From Orbicella franksi (taxonomy: Eukaryota), in NCBI GenBank assembly GCA_964199315.1, contig OZ116702.1, positions 32,426,001 through 32,490,000 on the forward strand: a stretch of 64,000 bases of DNA, in the 5' to 3' direction. Under the pieces are notes generated by a model. That model saw only the letters and a list, made by a program, of their open reading frames with translations, had not been told where the DNA came from and searched no databases. Positions 1-13,900 of the stretch are shown in pieces. The translations under genes were made by a program, and so were the position numbers. Positions within the stretch are counted from its first letter, which is position 1. Every line of letters begins with the position of its first letter.

Positions 1-125
1 AAGAGAGAAAGCGCCAACAAGATTTGGAGAACAATTACAACTTAGTTTGGAGTGATGACGAGCTGCAGACAGTTCCACGAGAAGACGATGATACCGATGG
101 TGAAGTCGAAGTGGAATCTTACTGA
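1..125 (+). CDS. 3' end of an unidentified protein-coding gene (partial terminal exon)
   Basis: Frame from nt 3 is open: ERKRQQDLENNYNLVWSDDELQTVPREDDDTDGEVEVESY*, stop TGA at 123-125. An AT-rich 3'UTR-like stretch follows, with AATAAA at 582-587 and 599-604. Protein not recognised. Confidence 0.55.
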   Translation, partial: ERKRQQDLENNYNLVWSDDELQTVPREDDDTDGEVEVESY

Positions 126-1245
126 CGCGTTTTTAAATGTTAATCGTCTCTTCGCAACTGGTTCCTTTCTTCGTCAGATTTAGATGTTATCAATTACTTC
201 GAGAAAAGAAACTACACGTGTATAAGGGCACGAACTGTATCAGTTTTTGATTTAAAGTTGTGAACTACAAGATGCCTGCGAGATTCTCTGCCTGTCTCCT
301 ACTCCAAAACCAAATTTAAGTTGGGACTTTGCCTCTGTGTAATACGAAAATACCAATAATAGTATCTATTTTATGGCTCAAGATGGTCTTTTCTTTAGAA
401 TGATTAGAGCAGGCGATCGTTTGTTAGTATTAATCAGGACCCACAGCAAAGTTAACTAGAAAATTAGCTCCAGAAATTGACGAAGTGCACGATGTGGTGC
501 AAGTTGCCCAAAATGTTTGATTTAAAACTATTCGCAACTGTTTTTACACTACAAGTCGTAATGTTAAATAGAAAATTGTTTAATAAAATATTTATTGAAA
601 TAAATCATAGTTTGCATCATTTATAGTAATTACAGAAATGCAACAAAACAAAACTGTGCCTGGGAAGTTTGACTATAGTTCGATCCTGGTTATCAAGGGA
701 AACAAAATGTTCTAAAAGCACATAGATTTCGTAAATAAACTGAGCTGCTGTTTAAAAATTCCTCAACGGCTTCAGTGCAACTGTTCTCGTCCACAGACCT
801 ACCAGTCCATCTTAGCTGGTGGGGCCTGGTCAAAGATGTCTCTGGCCAGTCACTAAAAAGTCACCGAGGGGAGAGCTGAATGCAGAGCTGGAACAGTGCT
901 CAAGGCGCAGCAAACTTACAAGTGCATCTGTAACTTGATATTTTATAACCTTGCGACAGGGATCAGAAAAGCTTTGGTGAAGCCTCGACCATTATTTGCT
1001 ACATGCAACTGAACCCCCCAACCCCCCCCCCCCCCCTTTAGATCTGCCCCAGAAATATCACACAAACTGACTAAAATCCAAGTTCAGTAAGAAGTCTTGA
1101 CAAGGTTATAAACAAACTAAATACACAAGACAAATTAATAACAGCTATTTTATTCCCATAGTTTTTTTTTGACCAAAGAAAACAAAGACTCAATCCTGTA
1201 CAGAGAGAGGGTAAATTTTTTAAAAGTTGTTGCCTCATCCTTCAT

Positions 1246-5008
<3,763 letters not shown>

Positions 5009-5176
5009 TCTACAAACATCAACACCCAAAAGAGTCAGAATATCACTCGAATTTAGCAAACCATCTCGATAAAAATAAGCTAGTCGAATAGAAGAGTTCC
5101 TAAACTACAAAATAAAATTATCAAATGTCTAAGGTAAGCATAAAACAAAGCGATGCCACAGGATACAATCAATTAC

Positions 5177-5220
5177 CTTGCAGTGAAGAAGACGAGTGAT
5201 GGTTGAGCGATGGAAGAGGA
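5177..5220 (-). promoter_or_regulatory. NACA non-coding first exon with a pyrimidine-rich (TCT/5'TOP-like) start
   Basis: Minus strand reads TCCTCTTCCATCGC...CTGCAAG|GTAATT, with a canonical donor at 5176. The next exon (5009-4957) carries the ATG. CTCTTCC initiators are typical of translation-machinery genes. Confidence 0.65.
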
Positions 5221-7102
5221 ATATAACGTGGTGCGCACAGCCTGATGGTTAGTCATCCGCGGAAGACTGGAAATGATTTGAGCGCGGATTACCCGCGAGC
5301 GAGCGTTTTAACCGGCATCAGTCTCTTAATTAACATATTTTACCCGCGAGTAAAGAATTGTTTTTAGAGTCAAAATGCACGACAAGCGCTTTTACATTTG
5401 CTCGTCACTGTCCCGAATTTTGGTCCATGGGTCATGGGCTCCTGGATTCTGTCCACGTCCTTTAATATAGCAAAAACCGAATCCAAGATTTTCCAAGGGG
5501 GAGGGGTACGGGGGAGGGGGAATGGTTGGTACCTTGGGGTTGCAGAATCAATGGGGCATGTTCCTAATGGAACCTAATTGAAAACCGTTCCACTAGAAAT
5601 TCTAGCAATGCTACAAAGTAGAAATAATATACCTTTCCAGAGAGTTTGCCTTCATTTCTGCCGCACGATTCACGACCTTTTTCAATTTTTTTTTATGCTT
5701 TGCTTCTCCAAAAGCGGAGTGGCTAGCCACCCAACCCACCATTTCCCCCTAAATCCGCCCCTGGGTTTGCACGGCTTTAGCCCGGCCTCTTGAGGCAGTG
5801 GGTGTGAACACGATTTGCCCCTGGCTCGACGTTGGAGGGGAGAATTGAAGGAGGGCAGAAAAACGTAAGGAATCGAAGAACGTCAGAGAATGTCGCTGAG
5901 ACAAGAGATCTTTTACTTAGCAGTCGTTTCTATGCGTTTGCGCATGTTCCGTATCCAGGCATCGCTATGTACCCCGCAAAAGCCTCAAGCTTCCCTCCAA
6001 CCCCCCAGCCCCCCACCCTCAAACGACTAGTCTTTTTCTTAGTCCCCGATCGAGAATTCTTTTCGGTGACGTCGTCGGGAAGACATGAGCTGCGGAGGGA
6101 GGGCAAAGTTTGGAAACCACTTGGTGATTTCGATAACTTACAAACGAGGTTTCTAGCTCGATAGAGCATTAACGTGTTTACCCTTCAGCTGTTCTGGTGA
6201 CAGCGCAAGCCAGCGTGAATATTCAGACAATCAGTGCAATTTTTTTATCAAACTGGAAACCTTTATTTCAGTATAAATGTACACAATGATGAAAAACTAC
6301 AAAAATGATATAAAACCCTATAATAATCAACAAACACTCAAGCCGTGAAATTCATTAACGTTTTCTCAGGCAAAAATTCTAATATCAAAGCTCTAGAACT
6401 TTCTAATTAACTGTATCTCCTGTTATAAATAACTTGGTTAGACCTGTTTGTCGGAACTGTCAACTAAAGATCGACATAAGCCGACATACAAGTGTTTGAA
6501 CGCGTCACTGCTACTTGACAGAGGTTTGACATATTATTGGCATTTTTTTTGTTGGTTACAACCTTTCAGCCAATCAGGGGAACCTAGAACAACAGCATTT
6601 AACATCTCTGTTTCTGGTCGGCCATGATCAACTTTAATTTTGAATGGTCAACGGAGCAGCAAAATATATCCATATCAAATCTTTGTCAAGCGACAGTAAC
6701 GCGAAGCATTTCGTTGTAAACATTTCCAAAGAAAATTGTCCTTTTCATTCCAAGTGTCTTGTTGAAGAAAAAAAAGTCATGCATTTTAATACACACACCA
6801 CTTAAATATACCAAAGGTGCTAGCTAACCGATTTCGCACTAATGTCGTTGTTAATATTCCTTTTATACTGATAAATAAGTACGTATAAGAGTTGTAAAGT
6901 AAATAACAAATTGTTAGCCTCTTTACACTTGAATTTTTAAGCTGGCTTAAGTGACATTACTAACAGCCAGTAGCTGTAACACAGAAAACATTTGCTATGT
7001 CTAGCGTTAATATATTTGCACGGGAATCTAAACTGACGCTACAAAGTTATAAAAAAAAGTGTACAACGGTAGTGAACGGAACCAAATTCTCTTTCTCCTT
7101 CA

Positions 7103-7461
7103 TAGGGCGGTTTTCAATTGCCACTATCAACCATTTAAACCTGAATTGTATCTGAAAAATCACTATCACCATAGCAGGCCGGCAATAAACCAATCCAGCC
7201 TTGAAGTGAAAACCATTTGTAACCCGCGTCAAGAGCGGGAAAACATTCATCCGGTTCTCAACGCGGGAAAACATGTAACCCAAGCAAGGGCGGGAAAATA
7301 TTTACCCGGGTCCGAGCGCGGGAAAATTCAATTGCCAATCTATGATTGGTATTGGGTTCGCACTGACCTGATTGGTTGAGAAGACATCATCTTCTTTGTG
7401 ATTGGAGGGGGCATGTGACACGAGTCTCTCAAAAGAAAAGCCATTCCAAAGTCGCTCTCTA
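7103..7461. mobile_element. MITE-like element with internal GCGGGAAAA repeats
   Basis: Ends TAGGGCGGTTTTCAATTG ... GTCGCTCTCTA. Four GCGGGAAAA units spaced about 25-30 bp apart at 7235-7330. Confidence 0.5.
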
Positions 7462-8123
7462 TCCTTCTGATCCCGTTATTGCTTTCTAACCTAACCTTTA
7501 CACTCAACATCGACTTAACTCAGATTAAGTCAAATTTCTCCCCACTGTCAGTGGACATTGGGACTTTACAGTTCAGTAAAGAAATACAAGGGCTTAAATT
7601 AAAAATTTCCAGTTTGAAACGTTGCATGGTATTCTTAAAGCTAATTCACCAACTCTTCAACGTAGTTTGGTGCGATAAATATTAAGAAATATTTAATACC
7701 AGATACTCCAGTCGACATTCGAATCAAATCCGCAAATACGTGATATCTGTAACTATTTTTGCTCTCACAAGGTAGCATAAATTCAAGAACTTGAAAGTTT
7801 GTACAACTCAAGACAATTTTAGTGCACTTTTCGATAAATATTAAGTCAAATTTTAGATATATTATGTGCAACGGAATCGTTGTTTTTAAATTGATCAAGC
7901 CATTTTTGTGTCGCTTAAAATTAAATTTCTTTATATTTCACTTATTATAATTTCATATATAGCCTTCCTTCACATTATTACAACCTTGTTACATTTTAGT
8001 TTAACTTGATTTTCCCTTTCAACAGGAGAATTGCTGATTTCGAATATAAATTTCATTTAACAAACAAAACATTTTCGTACCATTCTGCCCGATTCCAGCT
8101 GATTTGTGGTGGATATCCCTACA

Positions 8124-8449
8124 CCCGGGGGGGGGGGAATCCCATATAAAATGGACGGGGGCACTCGTCGGAAAATTTGAAAACAATTACTAAGAGGTAC
8201 CATGATCCTGTTTTGTGGGCGTGGCCTGAATTGTTTTCACCCCCCAAATGGTTCTAATTCTAAAACAACACATTATCTCCTGTCATTTTTTTCCGGCTCA
8301 ATAGCCTAAAAGGGTCCGCAAAAGCTTCCGAAGTGGACCCTTTGAAGCTGAACACCCTCAGAGGTACCAAAACCGCGTTTTTAACCCCTAAAAGGTACGA
8401 CGAGCATCCCCGTCCTTTTCATATGGGAGTTCCCCCCCCCCGCCCCCGG
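8124..8449. mobile_element. Non-autonomous DNA transposon (MITE) with an 8-bp TSD
   Basis: TIR-like ends CCCGGGGG...GGAATCCCATATAAAA and TTTTCATATGGGAGTTCCCC...CCCGG. Flanking direct repeat TCCCTACA at 8116-8123 and 8450-8457. A related copy lies inverted at 29367-29685. Confidence 0.8.
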
Positions 8450-9373
8450 TCCCTACATAAGGTATGAATCAGTTCTTACGGTTTCCACGCCATATTGCAA
8501 GAGCGAGTTACGTTATACGTTTTTACATCCTTTCAAAAAAAAAAAATTAAATAATCTCAGTCAAGCATTGCTGCATTATAACCAAAGATAGCTCCGCCCC
8601 GCAGATTATCAAATTCAGTTCAGTTTACTCAATTTCATTTCAGAGTATCTAGTACCCCGTGAGACAGAGAAGGAAAACTCTGTGAAACAGAGTAAGACTA
8701 TGCCAAAAATAACACTAATGTCCCTCCAACGTCCCACTCCCTTCACAGAAATGTTAATAATCGTATTTGTTCCACATGTTAATAATAATTTTACGACTTA
8801 GCAGATCCATGGCAAAGTAATATAGTATATAAGACAAAGGGGGTTTCTAGCTTTGACATAGAAAACACGCGCGAATACCTCCATAGCCTTAATATACGTG
8901 CGACTGCAGTATGTAACAACACGGGAGTACTTTCTGTTTCTGTTACATAAAGCTACAAGTGCCAACAAACGTCATGACCCTGGTATTTGTTAACCACATA
9001 CGAACCAGCAAGGCAAAGTTAAATTAATGAATAAAGTGTTCTTAAACAAAATGCCGTTATCTGTGAAAGGTCCCAAAATAACTCCTTCATCATCCGAATA
9101 ATGATGAGCCGTTAGCGGTTCTTTACTTGTTTGAAATGCTTTTATGAAACGAAAATTTGTTTAGCCCTGAGCACTTTATTCATAAATTCAACTTTCAAAC
9201 CAACAGACACCTGAATCAGATGGTCTATTATAATACATAAACGGTTCTAACTAATTAATTCTGCTTTAACCTACCTTCAAAAATAACTACTGGGGTGTAC
9301 TTTCCAATCAGATTTCCCAAAAAAAGGGGAATTTATTTTAGAGTACTGTTTTCGACGACGCATAGAGACTGAA

Positions 9374-10898
9374 CTAGCTGTAGAAGGTCAGTACGTTATG
9401 CTGATTACCACGGACCATCAGAACAGGGGGAGATGCCGCTGACAACGCTTCCAGCCAGCTCATGTACAAGAGCGGTGACGTCATCTCAACTTTCGGGACG
9501 GGCAACGTGATAACGATCAGTTTAGCGTCGTTGGAATGTTGACGGATCAACTCGCCGAGGCGAATATTTCGCATGGTTTTCCTGTCTTCCTCCAGAGTTC
9601 TTATGTCTGGAAATTCATTCTTGACGGGCAATTTCAGGAAGTTATGAAGGCTGGCACTGGAGGGCTGCGTGTTGATACCCTCTACCTCTACCACGCTGCT
9701 GAAATCGATGCGGAATCTCTTCAACAGGTTTGCCATCCTAAGCTCGTTGCTCTTGAGGGCGTGCGTGGAGGCGGGTGTGAAGATTCTCAACTTGCAGTCC
9801 TTCCAGTGGCTGTGAATTGACAGCAAGTAAGGTATGAGAATAGTCAAGCCTCCGTCATCAAACAGCCACCACACATCAATGGTTCCTTTAGGCCTCTCTT
9901 TAAAAGCCTCCTCGGGCACCTCGACCAGGGCTTTTTCTGGCTCCACGCGCTCTGTTAACTTCGTCGTCTCGTCCACCTTATCCTCTGGCTCATCTTCCTC
10001 TTCATTCTGGGGTTTGGTGACAGTCACTTTAAATTTTCCCTTTTTCACTACATTCGGACTTTCTTCTTCACCTTTGCTCGGCGCAGCATCTTCCTTGACT
10101 TGGTCCGTGACCAACTTCTTGCCTTCGTCGTTCATTGAATGCTCGTCTTCGCCCAATTCGGGTTTCGGTTTGAGCATATCTAACGTATACCCTTCAAAAC
10201 CCGATTGCCTCTTGGTATTCGCCTCAGTTGACGCAACTTGATCTTCGCTATCTGGTGTGGTTATCCTTTCAACACGGAATGACTTTGGGCTACTCTCGCT
10301 CTGACTCGCCGACAAAACTCCGTCCCCGCCTTCCACCTTCTGGCTCGCATCCACTTCGGGTATAAGCCCTTCTTCCTCTTCACCGAGCCAATCTTCTCCT
10401 TCGTAGGAACTTAACTCTTTCAAGTCGACCTCACCTCTGAAACGCAGAATGGCAACGCCGTGGTTCAGCTCAAACGCATCATGAACGACGTTAACGTATT
10501 CCTCCACTTCTGCCCTCCCTTTCGCAGTTTTCAGCAGCTTCTTCCAGTCTCGCTTGTAGCCCAGAACTACCGTGTTGGGTTTTAATTTCCCCAGGCCTAC
10601 CGTCTGTAACATCACGCGGACGCCCTCGCGGAAACTGGGTGCTAGGGAGAAAGTGGAAGGGAACATCAACACACAACAACAACAACAACGACAACAACGA
10701 CAACAACAACAACAACGACGACGACGATGACGACAACGANNNNNNNNNNNNNNNNNNNNNNNNNNNNNNNNNNNNNNNNNNNNNNNNNNNNNNNNNNNNN
10801 NNNNNNNNNNNNNNNNNNNNNNNNNNNNNNNNNNNNNNNNNNNNNNNNNNNNNNNNNNNNNNNNNNNNNNNNNNCAATGACGACAACAACAACAATGA

Positions 10899-10929
<31 letters not shown>

Positions 10930-13900
10930 AACGACGACGACGACGACGACAACAACGACGACGACGACGANNNNNNNNNNNNNNNNNNNNNNNNNNNNNN
11001 NNNNNNNNNNNNNNNNNNNNNNNNNNNNNNNNNNNNNNNNNNNNNNNNNNNNNNNNNNNNNNNNNNNNNNNNNNNNNNNNNNNNNNNNNNNNNNNNNNNN
11101 NNNNNNNNNNNNNACAACAATTACTTCTCTTTACTAATAGAGTTCTTGCGGACAGATGTCTTAAAAAACTAAGCGTGATCTGAAAATAAACCTAATCTAT
11201 GTCAAATGCCAGACGCTAGCGACAATTTAGGTGGTCCAGATGTTTCATTTTTCATCGCCCGACAGGGCTTTTATTTTATTTTTTGTAACTGACTGAGCGA
11301 CCCACTTTCACAAATGAGAGGGTGGCGGGTGAATTATATCAAAAAATAGAACAATCTTGGGTAACATCACAGCGAATAACCTAACTGTACTTAGTTCAAG
11401 AAAAAAAATGAAAACTGCTAACGTTTAAATAGATAAGATTCTGCTTTTAAAAGAACAATTTTCAGTTTCAAATCTACCGTCACGGCCATAGCTCTCTGTT
11501 CCAATAGCTAAAGTAAAGTTGTAAACTGTACGTTGATTTTACCTGAACAAATGGTATGGAAAGCTCTTATTTTGTGCATTTTCAACCAGTTATCCTCATA
11601 GCCCGACACAGTTCCAAATGGACCAATCTTGACTTGACCGCAAACCATTAATCCTCTGTTACGAGTGATGTGTGACACCAAATGAACAAGATCGGGACGG
11701 GACGAGGGGGAACCGGTCAGCACAAGGCACTGGGGACGAAAGTTTTTCACGTGATCTTCAACCGCATTAAGGCGATAGGTGAAACGAAGTGCCCGGATGT
11801 AAGTGTACGCCTGCGCAGACGAACCCCAGTTGACCTACAAGCAAAACATGTTTGAAATTTAGCTTCTTGGAAAGAATTGTAATAGCTTTGAGAACGCGTT
11901 TATCTCAATTGCAGAAAAAATTGAAACACCTGTAACAAGTCGTGTCACTCGTCTCGGGATTAGAAGAATTAAACGCTATTTTAACGCGCACGAAAACCGA
12001 GACCTACCTCAGGTTTCTTGTAATCCACGTATTTGTACAATGCGATGATGATGACAATAGTCAGCAGAGCGGCCCACCAGTTAATGAGGAACATGATGAC
12101 AATACACACCAGGGCCCCTACCAGGGACACCCACATGTTATAGTACTTAAAAGAGGGTCTCCACCCGGGCGACTTGCCAAGCGATGCTGCAAACACTGCA
12201 TAGTTAATGAGCGCATAGGACATGAGGAAAAAATTTGAAATGACTGGTGCAATGACATTTAATTCTCCAATGGCGATGAAGGCTCCAGCGATGAGAAAAG
12301 TCAGGATGTATCCTCTGCGAGGCTCATCACCTGGTCCAACCTGACAAGAGAGTAGGGTCAAATTTTGGTCATGTAGAAAAACACAAGACGAAGGACTAAG
12401 GTTAAGGAATCCAAGCAGTTCATCAATATTGGTGAGATGCACATTCTGTGAGCCATCAACAATATTTTAAAAAAACATTATTTCATTAACAATGCATGAC
12501 CTGAAGTGCTCTGGTCTCGAGGCCCCACTTGGCAAGATCTGAATATCCTGTACTGCTTAATGTTTGGTCTATGTACCCCATATGCTGTCAATTTAATCTT
12601 TCAAAAATAAATAATTTTCCTACCTGTACTCGATATCCGGGACCGTATCTGTTTCAAGTGTCCCGTATTCCATTATTTTCTCCTCCAAATTTCCTATATC
12701 CCAATATTTTTTTACCTAAATATCTTGACTATCTTAAATATCCCAAAAACCCCTAAAAGGGTCAGTCTCTGACCAAGCTTCAAAAATATCAGTTCTGAAT
12801 ACAGATTTAAGGTATGACATGATAGACTATCCTAAGACCTTGTGGCACAATGTATTAAGTCCTTTTTTGTGACACAGATTTGAAACCTGGAACATACTTT
12901 TGCCACCCAGAAAATGATTTCTGTTTTTAAAAGCTCACAACTAACCCCAGTTCCAAAGTAATGGATTCCTGGGAAGATGTTGTCCTTGCAAAGTGCCTGG
13001 AATGTCTTCGGTGCTCCAACTAAACTAGCCAAGGCAGAAGACAGAGTGGCCGCAAAGATACCTCCAGTCACTATTGGTCCCCAGGCTGCAATCTTCTCCA
13101 TTACCTGTTGAGAAAGAACAAACATTACAAGAGAAAATTATTCACTGTTAGAGTAAATTTTTCTTAATACAGTTAAATAGAAATTAACATCAAAATATAA
13201 ATGTGTAAGCATCTCCTTAATTAAGGAGATGTTTTTTATAAGAAAACGTGAACCATCCCTAAACGTGCAAACAGACCCGATTTGCGCAAAGGTATTCACT
13301 TGAAGAACTTGTGATCCTTTGTTATTATGCTAATTTGTAGAGACTGTATAGAAATCAAATCTTCGCATTATTTATTCACTTTGCCTTGAGAATGGTGTCA
13401 GGATGACACCGAAACATTGGCTTTTAAAGTTAATATTCACCTGTTTATATTTTACTTTTCCACTGAAATTCTCACTTCAGTGTGACTAGTGCATGGGTTC
13501 TCTGCAGTTGTGGGGGACTCATAGCTGAGTTGCTGGCAGTGCCTGCCCTGTGGGCAGTCTTACATCATGGGGCTGGGTTTACATGGCAAGTGTTGGGTGT
13601 GTTTTCCATGTTCACCTAAGCTCCACTTGCCATTAATGTTGTTAACATTTTTGATCGTGTATGTTTTTTATGTAATTATCACCAGTTTATACCAGTGTTT
13701 GCCTACATGGATCTACTGATCAATCTCCTTCAGTTTAAATAAAGCGGTAATTGTTGTTGTTATCATTATGGTTATCAATAAACAAGACATCATCTACTAA
13801 CGAAGTCTGAAGATTTTTTATGAGCGTTGCTAAGGGTTTTTGTGCACTAAGGGTAAATGTACCAGTTACCATCTCTTTATACTTCAGAGGACTGAGATTT

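Noticed and set aside
5578-7898. Cluster of 68-110 aa ORFs between NACA and SLC12
   Set aside because: No domain resemblance or consistent splice chain. They overlap MITE and low-complexity sequence.
9536-10241. Plus-strand ORFs of 94 and 135 aa
   Set aside because: Antisense shadows of SLC12 exon 7.
10491-11172. Poly-Asn/Asp/Thr/Ser ORFs in the ORF track
   Set aside because: Translations of the intronic microsatellite and N-runs.
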